A DNA stretch of 64,000 nt from an uncultured virus (IMG/VR IMGVR_UViG_3300028888_000117) (IMGVR_UViG_3300028888_000117), one strand, 5' to 3'. Positions 31,172 through 42,191 are shown, counted from the first letter of the stretch. The notes: a model not told the origin generated them from the sequence alone. Numbers and translations: made by a program.

Positions 31172-32266
31172 ATGATGTCAGATGAAGAATTAATGGAGCA
31201 AGCATTAAAAGATCAAATTCCTGAAGCTCCAGAAACTCCTGTTGAAGAAAAACAACAAGAGGAAGAACCTAAGTCAGAAGCTGCTCAATATCTTGGAAAG
31301 AAAATTGGTTATGATCCTTCAAAGAATCCATTAGAAGATAAAGAAGGTGATAAGCAAATGGTTAAAGAAAAGAATCTTTCAAGAATTGGAGAAAATCTTT
31401 TTGAAAAGAATGAAATAAGAGAGGGGTGGATTCCTGTTGATAAAATATTATTAGGTAAACGTGAATACTACTATCCAGAAAATTGGCAATTTAGAATACG
31501 TCCTGCAACAGTTGAAGCAATTCGTAACTGGTCAAATATTGATGATGAAAACGTTAATAATGTAGATGATGTATTTAATGAAATTATTAAATCATGTCTT
31601 TCTATTTACTCAGAAGATGGTAAGTTAATATCTTGGGGTAATTTATCATCTTGGGATAGATTCTTCTTCTTATTACTTATTCAAGAATACACATTCCGTC
31701 AGGGTGAACAGAAAATCAAATATACAGATTTCTGTCCAGAGTGTGATAATGAAATTGAATTTGAATTGACATCACAATCATTAATGTATGATTTCCCTGA
31801 TGAAGAAGTAATGAAGTATTATGACCGTGATACTAGAACATGGAATATTGATCCTGCTGAGTTCGGTCTTGACGGGTATGAACCAATTCAATTATATATT
31901 CCAACTATTGAAAAGGATGCAAATATAAAACAATGGGTTATTAGTTCATTACAAGAAAATCGTAATAAGAAGATTGATCAAACATTCTTGAAGTTTGCAA
32001 ACTGGTTAGCTCCAAAGATTTCTAAGGATGAAACAATTGCTAAACGTCAAATTCGTGAAATTGAAATGAAGTATAAGTCATGGGATACAAATATGTTCTC
32101 ATTTATGGATGATGTAATTCGTAACATTATTGTTACACCATCTAATAAATTGACGATACAATGTCCTGTTTGTGGAGAGGAGGTAACATCACCTATCCGA
32201 TTTCCAAATTCAATTAGGGATCTATTCAAAATACAGGGTCAATACAGAAAATTCGGTAAGAAATAA
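31172..32266 (+). CDS. putative baseplate hub / tail assembly chaperone (T4 gp26-like, two CxxC)
   Basis: IRPATVE..., DRFFFLL, CPECDNE and C-terminal CPVCGEE. Confidence 0.55.
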   Translation: MMSDEELMEQALKDQIPEAPETPVEEKQQEEEPKSEAAQYLGKKIGYDPSKNPLEDKEGDKQMVKEKNLSRIGENLFEKNEIREGWIPVDKILLGKREYYYPENWQFRIRPATVEAIRNWSNIDDENVNNVDDVFNEIIKSCLSIYSEDGKLISWGNLSSWDRFFFLLLIQEYTFRQGEQKIKYTDFCPECDNEIEFELTSQSLMYDFPDEEVMKYYDRDTRTWNIDPAEFGLDGYEPIQLYIPTIEKDANIKQWVISSLQENRNKKIDQTFLKFANWLAPKISKDETIAKRQIREIEMKYKSWDTNMFSFMDDVIRNIIVTPSNKLTIQCPVCGEEVTSPIRFPNSIRDLFKIQGQYRKFGKK

Positions 32267-32315
32267 TTTATATATTTGTAAAGAATATAACTTACAGCCT
32301 TCTGAGATTCTTCGA

Positions 32316-32501
32316 ATGCCTTATTATGAATATGAAATCATTTTGGAAGAAATAAAGATTATTCAAAAGGAGCAAGAAGATCAACGAAAACAACAAGAGG
32401 CAGAACAAAATAAAATGAAGCATGATTATAACCCATCTTCAATGATGAGAGGAATGCAGAATAATATGCAAATGCCTAAGGTAAGTATACCGAAATTTTA
32501 A
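32316..32501 (+). CDS. gp51-like/chaperone extension, possibly reached by +1 frameshift from the upstream gene
   Basis: Frame open from 32187 with no ATG until 32316; reads YNLQPSEILRMPYYEYE. Confidence 0.55.
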   Translation: MPYYEYEIILEEIKIIQKEQEDQRKQQEAEQNKMKHDYNPSSMMRGMQNNMQMPKVSIPKF

Positions 32502-32507
32502 AATAAC

Positions 32508-32540
32508 AAAGGAACCAAATATTTGGTTCCTTTTATTTTT
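32508..32540 (+). terminator. intrinsic terminator
   Basis: AAAGGAACCAAAT/ATTTGGTTCCTTT plus T-rich tail. Confidence 0.75.
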
Positions 32541-32684
32541 TATATACTTAATTTATATATTATTTGAATTTTTAAAATATTATTCTATTTTATTAATATA
32601 ATTAAAAAATTAATTAAATTATGACAAACGTAGTAATTGGAATCATTTTTGGATTTATTGGTTTAATGTGGATGAAAATGGATT

Positions 32685-33002
32685 TTGATTGCGGAAAGAA
32701 GAATCCATCAACATGGAAAGAGTTTTTCACATATACTTGGAAGAATTGCTAATATGAGTACTTTATTTGATACATATTACGATAGCTTTGGTCATGAACT
32801 TCAATTAGGTTCTCCAGTTTTCTTTAGATGTGCTGGACAGATTCTTTTTGGAACTCTTGTTAAGTTCGGAAGAAATAAAAAAGGAGAACTTCTATATAAC
32901 ATTGTGCCAAGTGTTAAGTATAAAGAAAATGGTATAGAACTTCGTAGAAACTATAATATATCTGATAAGAATGTATTTTTAGCAATAATTAAAAAGAAAT
33001 AA
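32685..33002 (+). CDS. hypothetical protein (start probably ATG 32754)
   Basis: YDSFGHELQLGSPV, SH3/KOW-like start. Confidence 0.55.
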   Translation: MIAERRIHQHGKSFSHILGRIANMSTLFDTYYDSFGHELQLGSPVFFRCAGQILFGTLVKFGRNKKGELLYNIVPSVKYKENGIELRRNYNISDKNVFLAIIKKK

Positions 33003-33004
33003 TT

Positions 33005-33247
33005 ATGAAAAGTTTTATAAATTCACAAGATGCCCTTTTATATTTAATGACTAACCGTTTTACTCATCATCTTATGGATGAGTATGGCAATTCATATTAT
33101 CATGGTAAAAGTAATACTATTGAAATTGAAAGATGGGGTGATAATGGGGAAGGCATTTGGGAATGCTATGATATTGAAACTATTTCTTATGATGAATTCG
33201 TACAAGATTATGATGGTGTAGAATTATTTGAATCAAAAAATATTTAA
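33005..33247 (+). CDS. hypothetical protein
   Basis: 80 aa in operon. Confidence 0.6.
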   Translation: MKSFINSQDALLYLMTNRFTHHLMDEYGNSYYHGKSNTIEIERWGDNGEGIWECYDIETISYDEFVQDYDGVELFESKNI

Positions 33248-33250
33248 ATT

Positions 33251-34036
33251 ATGTTTTACAAAATTATTACTGAAATTAAAGGAGAGTATTCTTGGGATAA
33301 AAAGATATTAGATGTTCCTGAAGTTACACATAATATTCCAGAATCTTATATTGTTAATATTGATGATCTTCGTATTTCAACAATTGAAATAGGTTCATGG
33401 ATGACTCATACATATAAAGTTATTTCCAAAGAGAAATTTGAAGAAATTATTGATAAGATTATTTGGCCTTCTGAAATTAATAGTAGTGACCGATATAAAG
33501 GTGCTATTCTTATTCGTACAAAGAACTTTGGAGATATTCTAACATATATTAATATTAAAACAAATAAAGATGATAAAGAATACTATTGCCTGACTTCTTC
33601 ATTTGATTTGTATGATAATGATTGGTATTCAAAGTGTAAACTACCAAAACGTAATATTAAGATCTTTATAACTCGTGAAGAATATGAGAATGATAAAAAT
33701 GAAAAGTCTAAGAAGTCACGAGAAAAAGTTTTAAATGAAAAGGAAAAACAGAATAGTATTAAATCAAAAATTCCTTCATTTGAATTTAAGACTCCAAAAT
33801 TCAAGATTATAAAGATCATTAAAGAAACTGAAAAGACATCAGCAAAGGTTGGTGATATTATCCAGGGTGTTCTTCCAGTTATTGACAGTAAACAGAAACC
33901 ATGTTTAAAGGGAATTGGAACAAATACAAACTGGGTACATGTTTACATTAATGATAAATTTGATAAAGTAATTAGCCCTCTTACTTTTCAGGAGTTGTTC
34001 TTTAAGCATTATGTAGTTGAACAAGTTAAAGATTAA
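33251..34036 (+). CDS. hypothetical protein
   Basis: 261 aa. Confidence 0.7.
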   Translation: MFYKIITEIKGEYSWDKKILDVPEVTHNIPESYIVNIDDLRISTIEIGSWMTHTYKVISKEKFEEIIDKIIWPSEINSSDRYKGAILIRTKNFGDILTYINIKTNKDDKEYYCLTSSFDLYDNDWYSKCKLPKRNIKIFITREEYENDKNEKSKKSREKVLNEKEKQNSIKSKIPSFEFKTPKFKIIKIIKETEKTSAKVGDIIQGVLPVIDSKQKPCLKGIGTNTNWVHVYINDKFDKVISPLTFQELFFKHYVVEQVKD

Positions 34037-34041
34037 TAATT

Positions 34042-34401
34042 ATGAATAAAAAGACAGAAGATAAGATTGCTCAAATTATTGGTATATTAGTTTCAATTAT
34101 TATTTGTGGATTTATTATATTTTTTATTGGCATGTGTACAAAAGATATTTCTGAGCAGAATATGAATACGTCTTATGAATTCGAAGTTATTGAAAAATAT
34201 GATAAGATTGCTCCACGATTTTTAAGTGGTGGTGAAACTGAATATCATGTCATATATAAACGTAGATCATTATATAAAAATGAAGTAAATGAAGACTGGA
34301 AAACATTTGATGAAGCTATTCCATATTATAAATATAGAAATATTAAAGAAAAACAACGTTTCAATGGAGATTTAAGACTGTTTCGTCAATATGAATTTTA
34401 A
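34042..34401 (+). CDS. membrane-anchored hypothetical protein
   Basis: N-terminal transmembrane segment. Confidence 0.65.
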   Translation: MNKKTEDKIAQIIGILVSIIICGFIIFFIGMCTKDISEQNMNTSYEFEVIEKYDKIAPRFLSGGETEYHVIYKRRSLYKNEVNEDWKTFDEAIPYYKYRNIKEKQRFNGDLRLFRQYEF

Positions 34402-34499
34402 AAATTATTAAAATGCGTTTACTAAAAATTAAATTTAAATATTATTTGAATTTTATCTATAAGTATTCTATATTGATATAAATCAAATAAATAAAATAT

Positions 34500-34979
34500 A
34501 TGAAACAGAATAAACAAAACATAACGCCGCTTTCAAAATTTCCTACAGAGGTAATATTACATTTTTATCGTAAGAATAGATTATGTCGTACTGACCATAG
34601 GATGTATAAAGAAATTTATAATTGGAATACTAAAAAGAATGAATTTTGGATTCCATTCTATGGGTCATTTGAAAAGGATGGAGTAATTTATAATCCAGTA
34701 TGTTTAGGTTATACAAAATCAACTGGAGAAGAATGTCATAAAAAGTTCACAACTGTTACAAGCAAACAGGATGCTCACTGGGATGACGATGGCTATTATT
34801 ATGGATATAATGAATGGCAATTTGGAGATAAAATAAATTTTAGATTTGAAGGATTATATTGGGAAGGTAGAATTCAGGATATTAAAAATGAACTTTCTAA
34901 ACGTGAACATGTAGGTATCTTTAATAAAAAAGATTATCGTAAATGGTTGATTAAATATAGAAAAGCTAAGAAAAACTAA
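34500..34979 (+). CDS. hypothetical protein
   Basis: 159 aa after promoter motif at 34446. Confidence 0.65.
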   Translation: MKQNKQNITPLSKFPTEVILHFYRKNRLCRTDHRMYKEIYNWNTKKNEFWIPFYGSFEKDGVIYNPVCLGYTKSTGEECHKKFTTVTSKQDAHWDDDGYYYGYNEWQFGDKINFRFEGLYWEGRIQDIKNELSKREHVGIFNKKDYRKWLIKYRKAKKN

Positions 34980-35049
34980 ATATACTTAACAAATGCCATA
35001 GTTTTGAATTTTAATTAAAATGACAGTACATATGTACTGGCATTGTTGT

Positions 35050-36753
35050 TTAAAATATCTGTTCATATTTAGATGCTTGTACAATAACGTCTTCTCCCTT
35101 CTTTTCAGATGCAGATACAATCTTTTTCTTTTCAAGATGAACTCTTATTTTATGGCTAAATAAATCATCTCCCATTTCAGCATGATTAATAATAAATATT
35201 GTTTTATCATCATCCATATTTTCCTTAAGAAGAGATATCATAATATTTCTTGCATTAACATCCATGTTACTAAATAATTCGTCCAAGAACAATATATTAA
35301 GATCAACATTAGCAATAATATTTTGAAGAACACCAAATATGATTGCAAGATCTAATGACTTACGTTGTCCTGTTGATAAATTATTATAAGCAATTTCTCT
35401 ATCCCACCCATCTACGTAAATATGAGCCTTGAATTCTTGATCATATTCAATCTTATAGTTTTGTTCAAGCTTATTAATAAAGAACTGAATTGAACGATTA
35501 ATATGTGGTATTAATGTCTCAAGAAGATTATAACGTAATGACTTAGAAAATAATTCATTCATTTCATTCCATTCGGCTATTTCTAAATCACACTTATTAA
35601 TCTGTTCTTTTAAAGCTTTAGATTTATTTTCAAGTTCTTTAATAAGTTCTTCATAATTATCATTTAATAACTGTACAGAATCATTATAAGATTTCAATTC
35701 AGCATCTATAGCAGATATCTTTTTACGAAGAATATCCATTTCTTCATCACATTTAATCATAGGATTGTGATATGAATCATGAACATTTTGTTTTTCTTCT
35801 TCTAATTTTTTCTTTTCTGCTTCATTTTCTCTATAGATCTTTGCATATTCTTCCATTTTGTTTTTATATTCATCAATATGATTTTGATCTATAGGCTGAC
35901 CACAGGTAGGACATATTCCTGACTTAAACGTATTATAATGATTCTTAGCTTGCTTACCTAATGTAGCAGCTTCAGTCATCTTATTCTGAAATTCTTTAAT
36001 CTTTAAATCATATTCTACATCTTTCTGTTCACGTTCTTTCTTAAGATCTGCTTTATGATTTTTTGTTTCAATGCCTTTGTTAACTAATTCTTCCCTATTC
36101 TTTTTTAATTCATTAACATTTAGTGATTCTTGTAATTGAATAGTCTGTGTTGCTTGTTTTTCTTTTAAATGCTCTATCTGTTCTAAATTTTCATCATATA
36201 CAGATTGAAGACGAATAGATTCATTCTGTTCAGTCTTACGTTCAATTATTACTTCATTATTATAATCTGTAAATAACTTAAAACCAAAGATATCATCAAG
36301 GAATTGTTTTGTTTCTCCAACATTCATTGATGCAAGACTATTAAATGCATTAAATGATATAATACACATTTTAGTTACAGCAAGCTTTGGAATATCATAA
36401 AGTTCATCTTCCAATATTGCTTGTGTATCTTTTTTGTTAGAAGCATTTAAAGTCTTACCGTTGACCTCAACAATCAATGGCTCTCTTATATTACGAATAA
36501 TATGTATTTCTTTATCCTTTGATGTTATGTTTAATTCTACTTCACATGCTTTACAGTTCCATGCAACCAATCCTGGATTTGTCTGACCTTTTACATTTCC
36601 ATATAATCCCCAAATTAATGCTTCTCCAATTGATGTCTTACCTGCGCCTATAGGACCAGATAATTTGACCAATCCTTTCATTTTATCAAAGTCAAATTCA
36701 TGTGATCCATAAAGACTTTTAAAATTTATAATCTTAACATTATGTATTATCAT
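35050..36753 (-). CDS. Rad50/SbcC-like recombination ATPase (T4 gp46-like)
   Basis: NFKS, GPIGAGKT, coiled coil with CPTC zinc hook, LSTGQ signature, FLDELF, INH. Confidence 0.92.
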   Translation of the reverse strand: MIIHNVKIINFKSLYGSHEFDFDKMKGLVKLSGPIGAGKTSIGEALIWGLYGNVKGQTNPGLVAWNCKACEVELNITSKDKEIHIIRNIREPLIVEVNGKTLNASNKKDTQAILEDELYDIPKLAVTKMCIISFNAFNSLASMNVGETKQFLDDIFGFKLFTDYNNEVIIERKTEQNESIRLQSVYDENLEQIEHLKEKQATQTIQLQESLNVNELKKNREELVNKGIETKNHKADLKKEREQKDVEYDLKIKEFQNKMTEAATLGKQAKNHYNTFKSGICPTCGQPIDQNHIDEYKNKMEEYAKIYRENEAEKKKLEEEKQNVHDSYHNPMIKCDEEMDILRKKISAIDAELKSYNDSVQLLNDNYEELIKELENKSKALKEQINKCDLEIAEWNEMNELFSKSLRYNLLETLIPHINRSIQFFINKLEQNYKIEYDQEFKAHIYVDGWDREIAYNNLSTGQRKSLDLAIIFGVLQNIIANVDLNILFLDELFSNMDVNARNIMISLLKENMDDDKTIFIINHAEMGDDLFSHKIRVHLEKKKIVSASEKKGEDVIVQASKYEQIF

Positions 36754-37772
36754 TGTTCTTTAATCTTCTTTTTTATTAATTCATATTTATCTCCTAAATG
36801 CTCAGGTATATTCTGTTCAATATAACTTTCAAGATTAGTATTGAATCCATCAACATTTAATGTTTCTAAGTTTGTATTATCATCAATAATATGAATACGA
36901 ATTGTAGAATTAATATATGTTGATTTCAGATAACTAAGTTGTTCTACATATTTTGCTTTATTTACATTGGTTGTAGATATGCATAACTGAACATATGAAT
37001 TTTCAAAATAATCATCTCCTAAATCAAAAATCTGTTCATTATATGCTCTCCTAAATTGTGGAGTTGTAATATTCTTAATTTTTTCAACGATTTCATAATT
37101 ATCTAATAAATAAATATATCTATCCTGATTAACATCATTAAAAGTCAAAGGTAATGCTGCTCCAATATTATGAAGGTTACATAATTGATCTTCAACTATA
37201 AAATGAATATGGCCTGAATATATAGGTGTATTCTTAAAAGAAGCTATACGAGCACCAGGCCATGTTGTTAAATCAGTATGACAGAATATTGCTTTAATGT
37301 CATTACTAAAATCGTAATTATAAAGAAGCTCATCAATATGATCTGGGTTTTCAGTCCAATACCATGGAAGCATTAAGCATCCATCATCTGTCAATAATGG
37401 ATCATTATTGACTATTACTAAATTTTTATGTATCTGTAAGAATTCTTCTGAAAATATCATTTCATATACATTATATTGAGCAAATTCTTCAAGAGGTGAA
37501 TAATAATCATGGTTTCCTGCAACAATATAAAACATTATATCAGGAAACTTATTTACCATTTCCCTAAATTTCTTTTGCAGTTCAATACCTACTTGTTGAT
37601 TAATTGAATAACGTATATCACTGACATCCCCTAAAAAGATTACACGTTTTACTTCTTTTTCTTCAATAGTTTTAAAAATTTGTTTATCAAAAAATTCCAA
37701 TTGAGACTCAAGCCACGTTACCGAATTACTTTTGATACCGAAGTGTAAGTCTCCTATTATCAAGTCTCTCAT
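36750..37772 (-). CDS. Mre11/SbcD-like recombination nuclease (T4 gp47-like)
   Basis: GDLHFG, LGD, GNHD, SGHIH; overlaps the gp46-like gene. Confidence 0.92.
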   Translation of the reverse strand: MRDLIIGDLHFGIKSNSVTWLESQLEFFDKQIFKTIEEKEVKRVIFLGDVSDIRYSINQQVGIELQKKFREMVNKFPDIMFYIVAGNHDYYSPLEEFAQYNVYEMIFSEEFLQIHKNLVIVNNDPLLTDDGCLMLPWYWTENPDHIDELLYNYDFSNDIKAIFCHTDLTTWPGARIASFKNTPIYSGHIHFIVEDQLCNLHNIGAALPLTFNDVNQDRYIYLLDNYEIVEKIKNITTPQFRRAYNEQIFDLGDDYFENSYVQLCISTTNVNKAKYVEQLSYLKSTYINSTIRIHIIDDNTNLETLNVDGFNTNLESYIEQNIPEHLGDKYELIKKKIKEQ

Positions 37773-38405
37773 CTATTTCGCCTAATATGACATATATTTA
37801 GTAGGCGTTATTTATATAAAAATAGTAAATTTTTTTTATTTGTCAATATTTATAACATTGAATTTTCATAATTAAATTTATAAATAGTATTTAAATTTAT
37901 TTGAAATATTTCTATATTTTACTATATTATATTAACAAATAAATTTGAATATGAAGGATTTTAAAAAGAATTGTATTTGTAATGAACTTCGTAAGAATAA
38001 AACAAAGCGTATAGATATTGCAGATTTTCAAGAGTTTAACACTGGATTATATCTTGTGTATGGTGGTATTGAAGCTTCTGATGAAGGGTCTGCTTCATGT
38101 TCAATAAGATTTTGTCCATTCTGTGGTAGAGAATTTAAGTTTAATAAATAATTTTTAGAATATGAGTTGGCATTTAATTTTAATGATTGTGTTTTCAATC
38201 TTATATCTTGCATGGAAAATTTACGTATATTCTACTAGTATTAAATTCAATTATTATAAACAGAAACATACTGAACATACAAAATGGGAGTGGTTTTGGA
38301 TTAATTTCAGACGTCGTATTAAGGAATTCAAATTTATAATCAAAGGATACTGGGGATGGTATAAGTTAAAGCATACATATCCAATTATTATTTCTTGGCT
38401 TATTT

Positions 38406-38852
38406 ATGGTGGGATTTTTATTTGGTAATATGAAATATAGAGTTAAGTATACTGATTCATCTTGGTTGTTCTTTACACCATTTGCTTTTTTAAATATGGG
38501 TGGAACAGATCAATGGACGATACAATCTAAAAAAGGATTATTTGGCAAATGGAAAAATATTAAAACTTATTCACAGCCAGAAGAATGTTATATTGAATAT
38601 TTCAAATTAAAATATGACATTAATATTGAAAAAAGAAAAAAATTTAAACATAATAGAAAGAAAGATAAAACTGTATGGTGTTATCTGGAATTTCATTTTA
38701 ATAATTATTCAACTGAATATAAATATTGTGTAGGATATAAGCCTACTAATTATGCAAGATATTATCATTGTTGTTATTCAAGTGAATCTTATGAAGATGC
38801 ATTAATGAGACTTTATACAGAACTTCAAGTAAAAGAATTAATTAATAAATAA
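38406..38852 (+). CDS. hypothetical protein (start probably ATG 38430)
   Basis: Open frame in operon. Confidence 0.6.
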   Translation: MVGFLFGNMKYRVKYTDSSWLFFTPFAFLNMGGTDQWTIQSKKGLFGKWKNIKTYSQPEECYIEYFKLKYDINIEKRKKFKHNRKKDKTVWCYLEFHFNNYSTEYKYCVGYKPTNYARYYHCCYSSESYEDALMRLYTELQVKELINK

Positions 38853-38867
38853 ATTTAAAAAATAATT

Positions 38868-39089
38868 ATGAGTTATTATGATACTTCATCAAGTGTTATA
38901 GGATGTCTATTTATTCTTATCCTATGTGTTATTTTAGGTGCATTTAGTGGTTGGATTTTCATGCTGCTTTGGAATTGGCTTGCTCCACTATTTTGGTCTA
39001 CTGCTCCTATTCTTACTTTCTGGCAGGCATGTGGAGTTTGCATTCTTGTTTCATGGATTGGTAGTTTTTCTTTTAGGAATAAATATTAA
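38868..39089 (+). CDS. small membrane protein
   Basis: Hydrophobic; LLWNWLAP...LTFWQA motif. Confidence 0.7.
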   Translation: MSYYDTSSSVIGCLFILILCVILGAFSGWIFMLLWNWLAPLFWSTAPILTFWQACGVCILVSWIGSFSFRNKY

Positions 39090-39211
39090 TATGAGGTTTT
39101 ATAAGTTTGCCCGCAAGATACAAAAGTTTATTGATAAAATTATTTATTTCTTTGAATAATGAGTTGGTTGTATTTTTGGATTGTTTATTGATAACATTAT
39201 AAGAAAGTAAT

Positions 39212-39532
39212 ATGGAAGAAGTAATAATTAAAGATTTTATGGGTAATGAAATTAATGTTGGAGATAATGTTGTTATTTCAGATTCAACATATTCAAAAAC
39301 CCCATATTTAGTTTTAGGGACAGTAACTGAAATTGCTGAACCAAGGTATTTTAAAAATGGTAATATTGATTATATTCCAATATATATAAATATAATAGGA
39401 CGTTCATGTCATTACCGTTCAACTCTTGAAATGGATAATTATGAACATACATTAGATCATAAATCAGGTTTTTTAAAGACTAGATTTAAATATAGTGATA
39501 AATGTTATATTAATATATTGAAATTAAGTTAA
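39212..39532 (+). CDS. hypothetical protein, SH3/KOW-like start
   Basis: KDFMGNEINVGDNV. Confidence 0.6.
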   Translation: MEEVIIKDFMGNEINVGDNVVISDSTYSKTPYLVLGTVTEIAEPRYFKNGNIDYIPIYINIIGRSCHYRSTLEMDNYEHTLDHKSGFLKTRFKYSDKCYINILKLS

Positions 39533-39662
39533 TGTTAGTTTGGGAAGTATTGTTTGGAGAAAAATGTCCAAATAAATGTGAATATAAAGCAAAAAGAGAT
39601 ATTTGTAATAAATGCAAATATAAACAAGATATATATTGTAATTATGTTATATGTGAAAATAT

Positions 39663-39977
39663 ATGAAAATTTGGAATGATATAAAACTTAATGATTACAT
39701 ATATGTATTAGTATATCATAAAAATAATTATATTGAAATTAGACGATGTAAAGTTATTGATGTAAAAAATTTAACGAAAGAATATATTAAAATATGGTAT
39801 ACACATCCATTAAATAAAGATTTAGATTTTTTAAAATTAGAAACTCGTAATTTATTAGTACATAAAAAACAATATGTTTCTGAAAATGATTGGAAAAATA
39901 AAAAATATAAGTTTTTAATTATAACAGAATTTAATGAAAATATAATTAAAGAATTTGAAACAATACATGGAATATAA
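39663..39977 (+). CDS. hypothetical protein
   Basis: 104 aa. Confidence 0.6.
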   Translation: MKIWNDIKLNDYIYVLVYHKNNYIEIRRCKVIDVKNLTKEYIKIWYTHPLNKDLDFLKLETRNLLVHKKQYVSENDWKNKKYKFLIITEFNENIIKEFETIHGI

Positions 39978-40204
39978 AAGAGAAGAATTATCGAAGAAAC
40001 TTTTAGAAAGATGCCAGGTATGTATTAATGGTGGTCAGAATATATTTCCTAAATGTTTAGATTTTGATCCAACAAAGGATTGTTATTATTTTGATGACAT
40101 TAATGATGATGATCCTCGGGAAGAAGATTATGACTGTGGTGCTTATATGCATGTAGATGATTATATTGAATTAAAAAATTCAATGATTAATAAAAATATT
40201 AAAT

Positions 40205-40247
40205 AATTTAATATGACGTTTGCTATAACTTGTTTTATTATATTTTT
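40205..40247. repeat. 43-bp direct repeat, left copy (right copy 42001-42043)
   Basis: AATTTAATATGAC(G/A)TTTGCTATAACTTGTTTTATTATATTTTT, one mismatch; the two copies flank the lipoprotein cassette. Confidence 0.9.
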
Positions 40248-40483
40248 ATGTACTATTATTTTATAAAGCATTTTTATGGTTAAAAATTATCATAAATTAA
40301 AAAATGACCAAAAAAATGAAAATATTTTCGTTTTTCTTAATTTTAATATAAATTTTTATTAATTTTTTATTGAAATTAACAAATATTTATCTATTTTAAT
40401 ATCAAATTAAATTTGTATAAGAAATTATATATACAAACAAAAACTTAAAAATAAAAAATATAATTTAAAAAATTTAAAGAGTT

Positions 40484-41908
40484 ATGATGAGAAAATTTAT
40501 TTTAAAGACACTTATGATTGCATTGTTTGTTGCATTCATAGGAGTAGGTATGTCATCATGTAAGAATTATGATGATGACATTAATGGTTTGAAGGATCGT
40601 GTAGAAACTGTTGAAAATGCTTCTAAGACTTTCGCATTACAAACTGCACTTGATGAAGTTAAGACCGTTGCTGAATCAGCAATGCAAACTGCTAATTTAA
40701 ATGCAAGTCAATTGACTACAATTAATGAAGCTGCTACATCAGTAGGTAAGACATCTGCACAAGCAATTATTGATGGAGTTAATGCTAATAAGGCAGTTGA
40801 AGAAATGATTGCTAATAAGACAGGTCGTATTGATTCAATTGTTAATGATTTAGGTTTGACAGATGATGAGATCGCAACAGCATATATTAATGCTCTTGTT
40901 GATTATGTAACAGCTGATGAACTTTCTGTTTATATTAAAACTTTGGTTTTATCTGATGAAGCTATAATTAAATTGTTTGATAATGCAATTACTGCATTGT
41001 GGGGTAGCGTAACTAATATTACATTGAGACCAGATACAAATACTCCATATAATACAATTGCTTATACTTATTACAATACAACTATTCCTGCAGATTATGT
41101 ATTTGGTTCTATTACTGATAGTCCAGTTACTTATGTGAAAGGTGCTGCAATTGGTTCTACTGATGATATCCTTATACAAGTAAATCCTGCTAATGCTGTA
41201 ATTACTGCAGATAATATTAAGTTAGTTGATTCTAAGGGTCGTACACTTGATGACTATGTAGATGTTACTGTTAAGAAGTCTAATAAGGTTATTACTCGTG
41301 GATCTGATTTAGATTTCGGACTTTATACAGTTAACTTTACTTTAAAGAATGGTATTGATGGTGCTAAATTCGATAATGTAGTTAAGGATGGTGCTAATAA
41401 TATTGCGTATGCTATTGCAATTAATAATGCTCCTGTTTATGCCGAATCTCGTTATGTATTTTCTCCATTTATTATAACACAATCAAGATCTACAGTATTT
41501 ACTCCAGCTACTGTATTTACATATGCTGATTTGAAGTACTACAAGGGAAATACTAATTTGGTTGATGCTACTCATGATGGTACTGCAGCTAATCCTATTG
41601 ATATTGTTAATACATATGCTTTAACACTTAGTATTGATGATGCTGTAGCAAATTATTCAAGTATGGATTACTTCTATATTGATTTTGATAATGAAGCTGC
41701 TGCTGCAGATCTTACTGCTTGGAAGAAATTTAATATTAGCGGTTTGAAGAAAATGACTAAGGCTACTGAAAAACTTACTGTTACAGTAAATGATGTTAAT
41801 GCAATTAATAAGACAATGTCATTTAAGATTTACATTGTTAATAAGAATGGTAATGTTGTAGTTGCTGACGGTTCTAAGTTCTATATTAGAGTTAAGAATA
41901 ATGCTTAA
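40484..41908 (+). CDS. Bacteroidales-type surface lipoprotein
   Basis: Signal peptide II ending MSSC, then KNYDDDI, a coiled coil and a beta-rich C-terminus. Has its own promoter motif (40370) and terminator. Confidence 0.8.
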   Translation: MMRKFILKTLMIALFVAFIGVGMSSCKNYDDDINGLKDRVETVENASKTFALQTALDEVKTVAESAMQTANLNASQLTTINEAATSVGKTSAQAIIDGVNANKAVEEMIANKTGRIDSIVNDLGLTDDEIATAYINALVDYVTADELSVYIKTLVLSDEAIIKLFDNAITALWGSVTNITLRPDTNTPYNTIAYTYYNTTIPADYVFGSITDSPVTYVKGAAIGSTDDILIQVNPANAVITADNIKLVDSKGRTLDDYVDVTVKKSNKVITRGSDLDFGLYTVNFTLKNGIDGAKFDNVVKDGANNIAYAIAINNAPVYAESRYVFSPFIITQSRSTVFTPATVFTYADLKYYKGNTNLVDATHDGTAANPIDIVNTYALTLSIDDAVANYSSMDYFYIDFDNEAAAADLTAWKKFNISGLKKMTKATEKLTVTVNDVNAINKTMSFKIYIVNKNGNVVVADGSKFYIRVKNNA

Positions 41909-41929
41909 TTATTAAACTTTATAAATAAT

Positions 41930-41959
41930 AATAGGTTGGTTATTAACCAACCTATTTTT
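41930..41959 (+). terminator. intrinsic terminator
   Basis: AATAGGTTGGTT/AACCAACCTATT plus T-run. Confidence 0.75.
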
Positions 41960-42008
41960 GAATTAAAACGTTTGTTAACTATTTTTATTTAAAATATTTT
42001 AATTTAAT

Positions 42009-42191
42009 ATGACATTTGCTATAACTTGTTTTATTATATTTTTGCTTACTGCTATATTCTTTATATGCGCTGGATATGCATCATATAAAAGAACAAGAAT
42101 GATTAATGAATTTTGGATTGGATGTTTTTGGGCTACAATAGCATCTATGGGTTGTATAATTAGTGGAATAAGAATATATATGTGTTATTAG
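42009..42191 (+). CDS. small membrane protein
   Basis: Two hydrophobic segments; its 5' end is duplicated at 40213. Confidence 0.6.
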   Translation: MTFAITCFIIFLLTAIFFICAGYASYKRTRMINEFWIGCFWATIASMGCIISGIRIYMCY

